This document shows, piece by piece, positions 19,400 through 28,214 of a stretch of 64,000 nucleotides of DNA. Made by a program: the position numbers and the translations under genes. A model generated the notes under the pieces. That model was not told the origin of the DNA and ran no database searches. It was given only the letters and a program-made list of their open reading frames with translations. Numbering within the stretch: position 1 is the first letter of the stretch; each line of letters begins with the position of its first letter. Source of the stretch: an uncultured virus (IMG/VR IMGVR_UViG_3300042384_001469) (lineage: Duplodnaviria > Heunggongvirae > Uroviricota > Caudoviricetes). Location: the IMG/VR virus record IMGVR_UViG_3300042384_001469, one strand, 5' to 3'.

Positions 19400-19794
19400 G
19401 TAACTGGGATAAAAAAGTTCACGTTCAGTCATCTTTGAAACCAAAAGATGGACAATTTGCAATGTTTGTCGGTAGATGGCAACCACTACATAAAGGACAC
19501 CAAGAGTTATTTAAACAAGCGATGGATGAAGGTAAGAATGTATTGATTTGTATCAGAGACATTGAACCTGATGAAAAAAATCCATTCACCGCTCAAGAAG
19601 TTAAGAGTAATATTGAGTCACACTATTCTGAATTGAGTGATAGAGTTAAAGTGATGGTAATACCTGATATATGTTCAATAGAATTTGGTAGAGGTGTTGG
19701 GTATGATATTATTGAAAGAATTCCCCCTCAAGAAATACACGATATTTCTGCAACTAAAATAAGAGAACAAATGAAATTGGAAGGTAAACTATGA
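19396..19794 (+). CDS. HxGH nucleotidyltransferase (cytidyltransferase-like), candidate minimal ATP sulfurylase
   Basis: GRWQPLHKGH, NPF, GRGVGY, ISATKIR; overlaps cysC. Confidence 0.75.
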   Translation: MSNWDKKVHVQSSLKPKDGQFAMFVGRWQPLHKGHQELFKQAMDEGKNVLICIRDIEPDEKNPFTAQEVKSNIESHYSELSDRVKVMVIPDICSIEFGRGVGYDIIERIPPQEIHDISATKIREQMKLEGKL

Positions 19795-20234
19795 AAAAAA
19801 TTAAAACATTTCAAATAAGATTTAACACTCACTCAACTAATGAATGTGATAGATGGAGATTGATTGAGAATGGTTCTGAAATTTTAGTTTCTGATATTGT
19901 TGTTGATGGTCACACTTATACTACTAAAGACTGGATACCTGAATTAAACGAATATAAATGGCATATCAGTTGTGAGGGTCACTGTGAGATTAAAAACACT
20001 GTAGCATATATAACAACAGTTAAACAAGAATCGGTATTAACCAGACATATTTTAAAAACAATATCTTACAGAATTTTAGGTACTTTAATTACCGTAGGAG
20101 TTGCGTACTCATTGGGGGCATCAATTGAGTTATCATCGTTATTAGGTGTGGGAGAATTGTTACTTAAACCAATTGTTTATTTCTTCCACGAAAGAGTATG
20201 GTATAAATTTATAAGAATTGGTTCTAAAAATTAA
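19791..20234 (+). CDS. DUF2061 membrane protein with an extra N-terminal domain
   Basis: RHILKTISYRILGT...KPIVYFFHERVW. Confidence 0.75.
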   Translation: MKKIKTFQIRFNTHSTNECDRWRLIENGSEILVSDIVVDGHTYTTKDWIPELNEYKWHISCEGHCEIKNTVAYITTVKQESVLTRHILKTISYRILGTLITVGVAYSLGASIELSSLLGVGELLLKPIVYFFHERVWYKFIRIGSKN

Positions 20235-20235
20235 T

Positions 20236-21114
20236 ATGGAAAAATATATTGTTTGGCACATACAGGGAGGATTGGGTAAAAACATTGCCGCCACGTCTCT
20301 ATTAACATCATTAAAAGAGAAATACGAAGACAGAAAAATTGTAGTAGTCGCCTCATACCCTGAAGTATTCTTAAACCATTCTTCAGTTTATAGAGTATAC
20401 AAATTAGGTACCACTCAATATTTTTATGATGATTATATTAAAGATAAAGACACAATAATCTTTCGACAAGAACCATATTATCAAACAAATCATATACTTA
20501 AAAAATCACATCTAATTGAAAATTGGTGTGACTTACTCGGGATTGAGTATACCAATCAAACACCAAGTATTAGTTTAAATATTTCTCAAAAACGTTCATT
20601 GTCTAAATGGCAAAGAGAAAAACCAATATTACTCATTCAAACAAATGGGGGCGCGTTTAATTCAAATCAATCTTATTCATGGACCAGAGATATCCCATTT
20701 GATGTGTCATCATCAATTGCTAATAAATTTAGTGAAACACACCATATAATTCAAATTTGTAAAAAATCATCAAGACAACTTCCAAATGCCGAAGTTATTG
20801 ATTATGAATTGTCCGCAGTTGATTTATGTTTAATCATTTTATCATCAGACAAAAGGGTGTTAATTGACTCATGTTTACAACATGCTGCGGCAGCTCTAAA
20901 TCTTAAATCTAATGTTATATGGGTAGGAACATCACCAAATAATTTTGGATATAGTATACATAATAATATATCACCAAAGTTACCAACTGATACAGTTAAG
21001 TTAATTGACTCATATCTTTTTGACTATTCATTTGAAGGTCCAAATCATGAATGTCCTTATATGTCTATTGACGAAATGTTTGATATTAATAAATTGATTA
21101 GTTTGGTAAATTAA
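20236..21114 (+). CDS. GT-B fold glycosyltransferase, GT9-like (paralog 1)
   Basis: GGLGKNIAAT, IDSCLQHAAAALN..VIWVGTSP..FGY. Confidence 0.72.
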   Translation: MEKYIVWHIQGGLGKNIAATSLLTSLKEKYEDRKIVVVASYPEVFLNHSSVYRVYKLGTTQYFYDDYIKDKDTIIFRQEPYYQTNHILKKSHLIENWCDLLGIEYTNQTPSISLNISQKRSLSKWQREKPILLIQTNGGAFNSNQSYSWTRDIPFDVSSSIANKFSETHHIIQICKKSSRQLPNAEVIDYELSAVDLCLIILSSDKRVLIDSCLQHAAAALNLKSNVIWVGTSPNNFGYSIHNNISPKLPTDTVKLIDSYLFDYSFEGPNHECPYMSIDEMFDINKLISLVN

Positions 21115-21148
21115 TTTTTTTTATTATATTTGTAAAAAATATAATCAA

Positions 21149-21544
21149 ATGAAAAACTTTATCTTATCAATTCTTTTCTTTCTTTTTTCTTTACCCTATT
21201 TCTCTCAAGACATTGAGTACGCGAGAGCCCGAACATTTAATATTGGTTACCGTGACTTTAGTACAAATGAAATTGTATGGAACGGAACAATAAATGATTG
21301 TGACATTCTAATTAAACTTACGGATTCCAAAGTTACTATTTTTAGTAAATCTCAACAAGATTATTATGTTGTTGGTAAACTTGCAGAACAAGATAATGTT
21401 GCCCAATACCGAATGCAAGATTCTAGTGGGAATAGTTGTAACTTCTATATGGGACCTTCTGAAATTACAGGAGTGTTATTTATGATAATAGAATATAACG
21501 ATTACGCTTGGATGTACTTAGTGGTCCCCGAAGCTAAGAATTAA
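21149..21544 (+). CDS. Secreted/periplasmic protein with a Sec signal peptide
   Basis: MKNFILSILFFLFSLPYFS|Q (Gln after cleavage is typical of Bacteroidota); TATATTTG at 21125-21132. Confidence 0.7.
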   Translation: MKNFILSILFFLFSLPYFSQDIEYARARTFNIGYRDFSTNEIVWNGTINDCDILIKLTDSKVTIFSKSQQDYYVVGKLAEQDNVAQYRMQDSSGNSCNFYMGPSEITGVLFMIIEYNDYAWMYLVVPEAKN

Positions 21545-21595
21545 ATATTTATTATTTAATTAAACTTTTTATTATTAAATTAAAAATAATAAGTT

Positions 21596-21739
21596 ATGAT
21601 ACAAAATACTCCAAAATGTAAAGCATGTGCAAAAATCAACGATTATAAACCATGGTTAATAATGTTTCAATTATTCAGTTTATCCATGTTTATATGGGGT
21701 TGTGTTGAATGTACAAAATGGATTTTATCCTTCTTTTAA
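21596..21739 (+). CDS. 47-aa membrane peptide with two CxxC motifs
   Basis: Hand translation [47 protein letters not shown]. Confidence 0.5.
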   Translation: MIQNTPKCKACAKINDYKPWLIMFQLFSLSMFIWGCVECTKWILSFF

Positions 21740-22654
21740 TTTTTTGTATTTAAAATTAAATTTTATATACAAGTCACTAACTTCTCTGTAAAAACCTTTA
21801 CCTTTAACCCGTAAAGGTTTTTTTGTTTCTAAATCAATCGGAAAATCAATTTGTAAATTTCCGTTAGGATGTGGAATGGTAATTTTATCATCGTTAAGAT
21901 TTTCGATAGTAAAATCATAGTTATAAACTAAATCAGGTCCTATTTTCTCGAAGTTATTTTCAGGGACAACCTCAACTTTAAATAATAAATCACCGTATGA
22001 ACCATTAGCATAGTCACCACCTCCATGTGATTTAAAGAAAGTACCGTCATCAACTCCACTTGGTAACTCAATATCGATGTTTTGCATTTTTACCATAGTT
22101 GTATTACCATTACAAGAATAACAAGCCTTAGTGTATTTAAAACCTTTACCGTTACAAGCCTGACAAGTAGTTTTATGTACAGTTTGGAAAAATCCATTCC
22201 CAACTCTCTGTATGAAAAACCCTTGTCCCTGACACGATTTACAGTTTTCTTTGTCCCCACCAGTACCATAACAAACATCACATTTGTCATGTCTCATATA
22301 GTTAACTTTTTTTCTTCCACCTTTATACGCCTCAAAAATACCAACTTTTAAATTAACAATTTTATCGGGATTTTTTCTTTGAGCTCCCCCCATGTTATTA
22401 AACATATTTGAAAACATACTGAATGGGTCAAAACCATCCCCTCCACCACCAAATGGATTGTTTCTCTGTGAATCATACTGTTGTTTTTTTTCAGAGTCAC
22501 CTAAGGTCTCATACGCTTCGGAAATTTTTTTAAATGTTTCCTCATTCCCACCTTTATCAGGATGGTGTTGTACTGCTAATTTTTTATAAGCCTTTTTAAT
22601 ATCTTCTTGTGTGGAATTTTCTGAAACTCCTAAAACATTATAATAATTCTCCAT
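21725..22654 (-). CDS. dnaJ: DnaJ chaperone
   Basis: J domain HHPDK, G/F region, CxxCxGxG zinc repeats, C-terminal domain. Confidence 0.93.
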   Translation of the reverse strand: MENYYNVLGVSENSTQEDIKKAYKKLAVQHHPDKGGNEETFKKISEAYETLGDSEKKQQYDSQRNNPFGGGGDGFDPFSMFSNMFNNMGGAQRKNPDKIVNLKVGIFEAYKGGRKKVNYMRHDKCDVCYGTGGDKENCKSCQGQGFFIQRVGNGFFQTVHKTTCQACNGKGFKYTKACYSCNGNTTMVKMQNIDIELPSGVDDGTFFKSHGGGDYANGSYGDLLFKVEVVPENNFEKIGPDLVYNYDFTIENLNDDKITIPHPNGNLQIDFPIDLETKKPLRVKGKGFYREVSDLYIKFNFKYKKLKEG

Positions 22655-22694
22655 ATTATGTTCAAAATTTGAAATTAATATTTATTCTTTACAT

Positions 22695-23324
22695 ATGAAT
22701 CAAAAAAAATTCAAAGTAGTTATTTTTAAAAATAATAAGAAAAAGAAGGTTGTCAAAAGTTTTGTAACTAAACAACGAGCATTATCTTATTTTAGTGATT
22801 TGTTAAATAAAAATTCACTTATTAAATTTAATAAAGAATTTGAAAATGGTAAACGGTGTTCTTATATGATTGGTTTGATTTTTGAAGATTTAAATTTAAA
22901 TAGTAAATTTTTCTTCACGGACAAGTTTGGTCGAAATGTATCAATCACATCATCAGATTTCGAAATCATTAAACTAAATGATTATTTAAATGAAGATTTT
23001 TTATTTGATATCAAAAGAAATAAAAAGATATCATATGATGAGTTTTACAACTCAATAATAAATAAAAAAGAGATAAGTTTAATTTCAAAACTTAATAACA
23101 AAATTATTATTCAAAATAATGAATTGATTGAACTATTTTCATTAAAAAATGAAGATGACAGTGAAAGAATAATTAATATACTTTCAAATGAAAAAAAGAA
23201 ACCGTACCTGATTTCTATAGATTTTTCAATTGAGCAGAGAAAATATCTTTATAAATTATTAGAAGATTATGGGTTTAATAAAAAGATGTTGTATAGGAAA
23301 ACTACAACTCACCCTCGCGAATAA
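22695..23324 (+). CDS. Hypothetical basic protein
   Basis: 209-aa ORF. Confidence 0.65.
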   Translation: MNQKKFKVVIFKNNKKKKVVKSFVTKQRALSYFSDLLNKNSLIKFNKEFENGKRCSYMIGLIFEDLNLNSKFFFTDKFGRNVSITSSDFEIIKLNDYLNEDFLFDIKRNKKISYDEFYNSIINKKEISLISKLNNKIIIQNNELIELFSLKNEDDSERIINILSNEKKKPYLISIDFSIEQRKYLYKLLEDYGFNKKMLYRKTTTHPRE

Positions 23325-23523
23325 AAATAAAAGAAGTCATTCCAACATCTACTTTTAATTCAGAATCTTCTTTGTTAAATCCGACTTCTTTACAAACTTT
23401 TTTATAATTCTCATCATTTAACTCAAATAATATATTGGATTGTACCGGTATTAGACTTTCACAAGCATCCGCAATAAGTGCTAATTTCTCTACAAACCCA
23501 ATATTATCTTGATTCTCCTCCAT
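23302..23523 (-). CDS. Hypothetical protein
   Basis: In-operon ORF. Confidence 0.6.
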   Translation of the reverse strand: MEENQDNIGFVEKLALIADACESLIPVQSNILFELNDENYKKVCKEVGFNKEDSELKVDVGMTSFIFIREGEL

Positions 23524-23675
23524 AATGTAAGTTTCTCTGTTTTAACTATATCTTCTTTTTTTAGAGTTTTAATCTCTTGTATTAAACTACTTTTATAATT
23601 TTCAATATCTAACTCATTCTTCAGTTGTGATTTCTGAAGTAGATTTAGTTCTGTTTCCACGTTTGAGTGTTTCAT
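23490..23675 (-). CDS. Hypothetical protein
   Basis: In-operon ORF. Confidence 0.55.
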   Translation of the reverse strand: MKHSNVETELNLLQKSQLKNELDIENYKSSLIQEIKTLKKEDIVKTEKLTLWRRIKIILGL

Positions 23676-24057
23676 TTACAGGTTCTTTAAATTGGTTAAT
23701 GTCAAACTTTAATTCTTTTAAGTTTTCTAATTTTTGTGAATCAAACAATTTTTTTAATTCACCAATTTTTTCATCAAGTAATCTTTCTTTTTCCTCTCTT
23801 TCAATATTAAAATTAATAATACCAATAATATTTTGGTACATTAAATCAACCCCACTTTCGGTAAAATCAGTAATAAATGATAATGATAATTCTTCTTTAT
23901 CAGTTTCACCATTATTAATAAATTTATCTTCTTGTATAAATCTTTTGGGTAATTTCCAAGAACTAGGAAATAAAACATCAAAAACCAAATAGTCTTCCAA
24001 TTTTCTTAACTGAAAGAAATAAGGTCCAATTTTTTTTAAGTAATCAAACATTTTCAT
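23614..24057 (-). CDS. Hypothetical protein
   Basis: In-operon ORF with a coiled-coil C-terminus. Confidence 0.65.
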   Translation of the reverse strand: MKMFDYLKKIGPYFFQLRKLEDYLVFDVLFPSSWKLPKRFIQEDKFINNGETDKEELSLSFITDFTESGVDLMYQNIIGIINFNIEREEKERLLDEKIGELKKLFDSQKLENLKELKFDINQFKEPVNETLKRGNRTKSTSEITTEE

Positions 24058-24236
24058 TTTATTAAATAAGTTATAAAGTAAGAAATATTAATGTAAAGAA
24101 AAATTCTTTCCCAATAACCCACTTGTATTTTTTCAGGAACTGTTTTAAAAATCGAAAATATAAATCGTATTAAAAACGTTCCACTATACAAGAGTGAAAA
24201 TACCCAAAAGAACTTATACAAAATATTAAAATCCAT
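24054..24236 (-). CDS. Small two-TM membrane protein
   Basis: Two hydrophobic segments. Confidence 0.6.
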   Translation of the reverse strand: MDFNILYKFFWVFSLLYSGTFLIRFIFSIFKTVPEKIQVGYWERIFLYINISYFITYLIK

Positions 24237-24238
24237 TA

Positions 24239-24418
24239 TTATTTTTCTTCTTTTCTTTTTTCAAGAATTTCACCTCTTAAAGTTTGTAATAATGATTTTA
24301 ATTCTTGTGATGTTTTTCTAGCTCTAGTCCCAGCACTATTATTCCCGTTATTGAATTTAGTGACATCACCTGAAAGAGACTCTGTTAAAGCTTTGATTTT
24401 TTCAATAGTTGTTTCCAT
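24239..24418 (-). CDS. Histone H1-like Hc1 family protein (59 aa, missed by the ORF track)
   Basis: Hand translation METTIEKIKALTESLSGDVTKFNNGNNSAGTRARKTSQELKSLLQTLRGEILEKRKEEK; GNxxAGTRARK signature. Confidence 0.8.
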   Translation of the reverse strand: METTIEKIKALTESLSGDVTKFNNGNNSAGTRARKTSQELKSLLQTLRGEILEKRKEEK

Positions 24419-24454
24419 AAGTTTATTTTTTTAAAAAAATACTATTTTTTTTGT

Positions 24455-24934
24455 TTATGTAAATCTAAATTTAGTACTTCGATTAAATGTTTTATAAATT
24501 GTTGTTATTAAATCTAAGTCGGATTTAGTTATTACCGTTCCAAGTTTAAATACATCTTGAAAAAACTTAATCATTGAATCTTTGATGTATTTATTTTTTT
24601 GTTCGTAATAGATTTCAAATATGAAGTCTTTAAGGAATACCTTGTGTTCTCCATCTTGTTCTATCATGATGTTTTCCTTTGAGAAGTTATTAACCACTTT
24701 ATTCCAACACCATTCAAAATGGTCGTCTTTTTCATCTTTGGTTAACCTAATTTTAGTTTCTGCGTTCTCATCTCCATCATCCCCTAAGTACGTATCCATA
24801 ATCATAAGGACTAATGAAACAACAAAATCCTGATAGACTTCGAGCCTTTCAAAAATTATATTATTAGATTCATACCAAAGACTAAACTCGTCTTCAGTAA
24901 CTGGTTTTGATATGTAGTTAAAAAAATTCTCCAT
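24455..24934 (-). CDS. Hypothetical protein
   Basis: 159-aa ORF. Confidence 0.7.
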   Translation of the reverse strand: MENFFNYISKPVTEDEFSLWYESNNIIFERLEVYQDFVVSLVLMIMDTYLGDDGDENAETKIRLTKDEKDDHFEWCWNKVVNNFSKENIMIEQDGEHKVFLKDFIFEIYYEQKNKYIKDSMIKFFQDVFKLGTVITKSDLDLITTIYKTFNRSTKFRFT

Positions 24935-24955
24935 AGGGATACTATGGAGAATATA
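24926..24955 (-). promoter_or_regulatory. 11-bp hairpin sequestering the ATG at 24934, overlapped by a TATATT -10 element
   Basis: ATTCTCCATAG-5nt-CTATGGAGAAT at 24926-24952; TATATT at 24955-24950. Confidence 0.55.
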
Positions 24956-24979
24956 ATAAGATTTAATAAATCGTGTATG

Positions 24980-26458
24980 TTATTGAGTTTTTTTATTGTA
25001 ACTCATAAGGTTCATAATTTTACTGAACTCTTCACTAATTAAATTATTTTGTTCTTTTTCAAAAGTTGACTCTAACTTCATCATTAATTTACTTGCCTTA
25101 TCCGTTTGTTCACCTGAAGAATCTTTAACAATTGGTTGAGCGGATTTATTATAAGCCTTTCTTTTAATTTTAGATAACAAATTATCTTTTCTAATCTTAT
25201 TTCTTTTTTTGTTAACATCGGATTCTCCTGTGTTCGCCCATCCTGGATTGTTACCAGTTCTTGAAGAACCTTCAATATTATCAGTTACCCATTTCTCGTC
25301 AGGATTTATTCCATCATAATCAATGTTTTCAAGTGCCGCAGCCGTTAAATTGTCCACATAATCATTAACCGCATCGGAAGGGATATAAGCCTTTTTATCC
25401 ATTTTAGCCAATTGTCCGTTATTTTTTGGAAAAAATTTAGGGTTTGTATTGTACTGTCCCTTTGAACCATCTTTGAGATATTCTCTCATTTTTTTATCTA
25501 CGTCTTTTAACGCGTCACTATTTTCTTTCTTATTCAATTTTGAAATTCTTTCATATTCAACTGTACCTTTAGCCTTACCTGAAAACTTTTCATTTTCTTT
25601 CGCTTCAATAACTAATTCCTCAATCATATCAATCAACTCATCTTCAGTTAAATCCATTGTTGTGTTTTCAGTTAATGCTAATTTATACATAATTGACTCA
25701 TTTTTAGCACCTGAGGTACCTTTCTTTCCCATTTTATTTACCGCTTTCTGAATAAATTTTTTAGCTTCTTCCAAACGGTCACTATTATTGGTTTTCGTCC
25801 CACTTTCATCCTCATCATCTTCCAATTTTTGAGTTAAAAGACCAATTATCTCATCATAACTCATTTTTCCAAAATTTTTCTTTCCAAATCTTGGGTGTAC
25901 ATCATCCATACCACCTAACTCTTCAATTTCAGATTTATTATGCTTTCTTAACATTTTAAAATCCTCAGAGTCAATTTTATTATTGTTATTTTTGTCTAAC
26001 TTTTTTTGACCACCATATAGTTTTTCTTCTAATTCTGATTTGTCAACATAAGTTTTATTTCCAATTTTAAATTCACCACCTTTTTTGGTATCTTTCAATT
26101 TTTTTGTGAAAGCATTACCCTCGGTAAACTCGTCATTTTCTTTTTTCATTTCTTTATCTACATTTTTTATTTTATTCAACACTCCTTTTTTTGATAACAT
26201 TATATCGTTACCTCTATCATCTTCAAAATGATAAGTTTGGGTTTCAGAATCACTCCTACCTTTTCTACCTCTACCTTTAAAAATTACTCTTTTAGGTTTT
26301 CCATTAACACTATCAAAAACATATGTCTGTTCATATTCTAAATCATAAGCATCAACTTCTAAAATATTAATTTTTTCTTCAAGTCTTGATGTCAATTCAT
26401 TAATTTTGTCATCGATTGACTCATTCAAAATTTTATCTATGATAGTTTTCTTATTCAT
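24980..26458 (-). CDS. Large charged protein, candidate head/internal protein
   Basis: K/E-rich; EF-hand-like LDKNNNNKIDSEDF; LTEDELIDMIEELV; TATTTAT upstream. Confidence 0.65.
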   Translation of the reverse strand: MNKKTIIDKILNESIDDKINELTSRLEEKINILEVDAYDLEYEQTYVFDSVNGKPKRVIFKGRGRKGRSDSETQTYHFEDDRGNDIMLSKKGVLNKIKNVDKEMKKENDEFTEGNAFTKKLKDTKKGGEFKIGNKTYVDKSELEEKLYGGQKKLDKNNNNKIDSEDFKMLRKHNKSEIEELGGMDDVHPRFGKKNFGKMSYDEIIGLLTQKLEDDEDESGTKTNNSDRLEEAKKFIQKAVNKMGKKGTSGAKNESIMYKLALTENTTMDLTEDELIDMIEELVIEAKENEKFSGKAKGTVEYERISKLNKKENSDALKDVDKKMREYLKDGSKGQYNTNPKFFPKNNGQLAKMDKKAYIPSDAVNDYVDNLTAAALENIDYDGINPDEKWVTDNIEGSSRTGNNPGWANTGESDVNKKRNKIRKDNLLSKIKRKAYNKSAQPIVKDSSGEQTDKASKLMMKLESTFEKEQNNLISEEFSKIMNLMSYNKKTQ

Positions 26459-26487
26459 ACTATATAAATACCACAATAATTAGCTTT

Positions 26488-27351
26488 TTAGTTTTTAGAG
26501 TATTCTCTAATTATAATTTTTTTTATAATTGACTCGTTAACTCCAAATTCTTTTGCCAATTTTTTAATAATATTTTTTATTGTACTATTTTCAGTTAAAG
26601 TAAGCGCATTAATATCTCCTTGATTACAGTAAGGAAATTTCTTACATTTTTTTTTAACCTCAACAAATTTACCTCCAGGAATCTGTGTTTTACTTCTACC
26701 TCTCCACTTTTTTGGACTCATGGATTTTGCTAAAAATGATGGTGTTTCATATGAACCTGAAGAAAATGAACTAGTCGCCTCTTTAGCTTCAACCTTTTCT
26801 AACTTATCATAATACTTTGGGTCCTCTGATAAGTGGTCTAAGGTTATGAGTTTAGGGTCCGCAGATTTATGTTCTTTTTCAACATTAACACCTTTGTTAA
26901 ATTGTTTTTTTAAATCTTGATAAATTTTTTCTATTTGTTCTTTCGATGGTGAGTCATTTTTTTCTTTAGCGTACTTTTTAGATAAGTCTCTTAATTTAGC
27001 CATAATAGTTCTTTCAGCTTCAGTAATATTTTCTTGTACTTTACCTGACAGTGCGGTAACAAAAGCACCTGCACCTCCTGAAGATGCCGCCTCTTTATTC
27101 TCACTTTTCTTTTTCTTACCTTGGCAATGAGCTTTTTGACTAAAACCTTTAGGGTTGTTACAGTCTATACTTTTTTTGTACTTCTCAGACCATTTTTCAT
27201 TAGTTTCACCTTTCTTCTCTTTTATTGAACTGATGAAATCAGATTTAGTTTTAACACCTTCAATTGAGTTCAAATCGGAGTTTTGGGCAGAAGCCGCTGC
27301 AAATTGTTTGTTTAACTCACTTTTAAAATTACTTGCGATTTTGTTTTCCAT
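26488..27351 (-). CDS. Lys-rich phage protein with a DUF5661-like segment
   Basis: GVNVEKEH..ITLDHLSEDPKYYDKL; KWSEKYKKSIDCNNPKGFSQKAHC module. Confidence 0.6.
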   Translation of the reverse strand: MENKIASNFKSELNKQFAAASAQNSDLNSIEGVKTKSDFISSIKEKKGETNEKWSEKYKKSIDCNNPKGFSQKAHCQGKKKKSENKEAASSGGAGAFVTALSGKVQENITEAERTIMAKLRDLSKKYAKEKNDSPSKEQIEKIYQDLKKQFNKGVNVEKEHKSADPKLITLDHLSEDPKYYDKLEKVEAKEATSSFSSGSYETPSFLAKSMSPKKWRGRSKTQIPGGKFVEVKKKCKKFPYCNQGDINALTLTENSTIKNIIKKLAKEFGVNESIIKKIIIREYSKN

Positions 27352-27356
27352 TTTTT

Positions 27357-27602
27357 TTAAGCACTTCTTAGTCTTGGTTCCCACATTGACCTTTGTGTCC
27401 ACATCAATTGGTAAAACTCTTTGAATATTTTTATTACAATTTCTTTGGTCTCAGATTCTAGTTTTCCTCTTTTTAAATCTTTAGCAACCATATCTAACAT
27501 TTTATCTTCAAACTGCCTAAGAGTGTTTGAATTTAAAAAGTCTTTAATCTCTTTTTTTACAAGAGTTTCAATTTCTTTTTTTTCACTTTGGGATAGAGCC
27601 AT
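27357..27602 (-). CDS. Hypothetical protein
   Basis: In-operon ORF. Confidence 0.65.
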   Translation of the reverse strand: MALSQSEKKEIETLVKKEIKDFLNSNTLRQFEDKMLDMVAKDLKRGKLESETKEIVIKIFKEFYQLMWTQRSMWEPRLRSA

Positions 27603-27608
27603 AATTAA

Positions 27609-28214
27609 TTACTTTTTTACACTTGTCTTTTTTCTTGATGCTATCACTTTAGCCCACTTAGATTTAAATTTCTCGTAATAGGTTTGTAATTTTGTGATAG
27701 TGTTTAAAAAGTTATCATCAACCTGTAATGTGTCCCCTGTAATGTACAATCCGTTACTTTCACCTATTCTAAATTTAAATGTCATATCAAAATCAACAAT
27801 TTTACCTGACCACTCAACATTATTTGAATATATTTGTAATGGACCAAAATTTGTTAAATCAGAAACTTCACTTACAAATTCATCCATAGTTTCTTGAAAT
27901 ACTGTTTTCTCTTCACTAGTAAGTTCGGTATCAGACTTTTTATTTCCGTAAATGATTAATACCCCTCCAGATATTCTATAAGCTTGGTCGTATTCATCTT
28001 TTGGGATTTCTCTATCAATGTCCACATCAATTTCATCTTCAATAGTTTTACCCAAATCGTATTTCTTAGTGATATCCCCTGTCGCCTCAAAATCCTCTTT
28101 AATAACATAGAGATTTTTAATATCTTTATTTTCTTTAATGTTTTGTTGATTAGAGCTAAGAGCCTGTCTTACTTTGGCTAAATGGTCTTTAATGTCATTA
28201 TATGAATTCATCAT
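27609..28214 (-). CDS. Hypothetical protein
   Basis: In-operon ORF. Confidence 0.65.
   Translation of the reverse strand: MMNSYNDIKDHLAKVRQALSSNQQNIKENKDIKNLYVIKEDFEATGDITKKYDLGKTIEDEIDVDIDREIPKDEYDQAYRISGGVLIIYGNKKSDTELTSEEKTVFQETMDEFVSEVSDLTNFGPLQIYSNNVEWSGKIVDFDMTFKFRIGESNGLYITGDTLQVDDNFLNTITKLQTYYEKFKSKWAKVIASRKKTSVKK

Noticed and set aside
17896..21114. Bacterial chromosomal LPS/capsule or cysteine-biosynthesis locus
   Set aside because: No flippase, polymerase, sugar-nucleotide or cysH/cysIJ genes; embedded among phage fibre and replication genes
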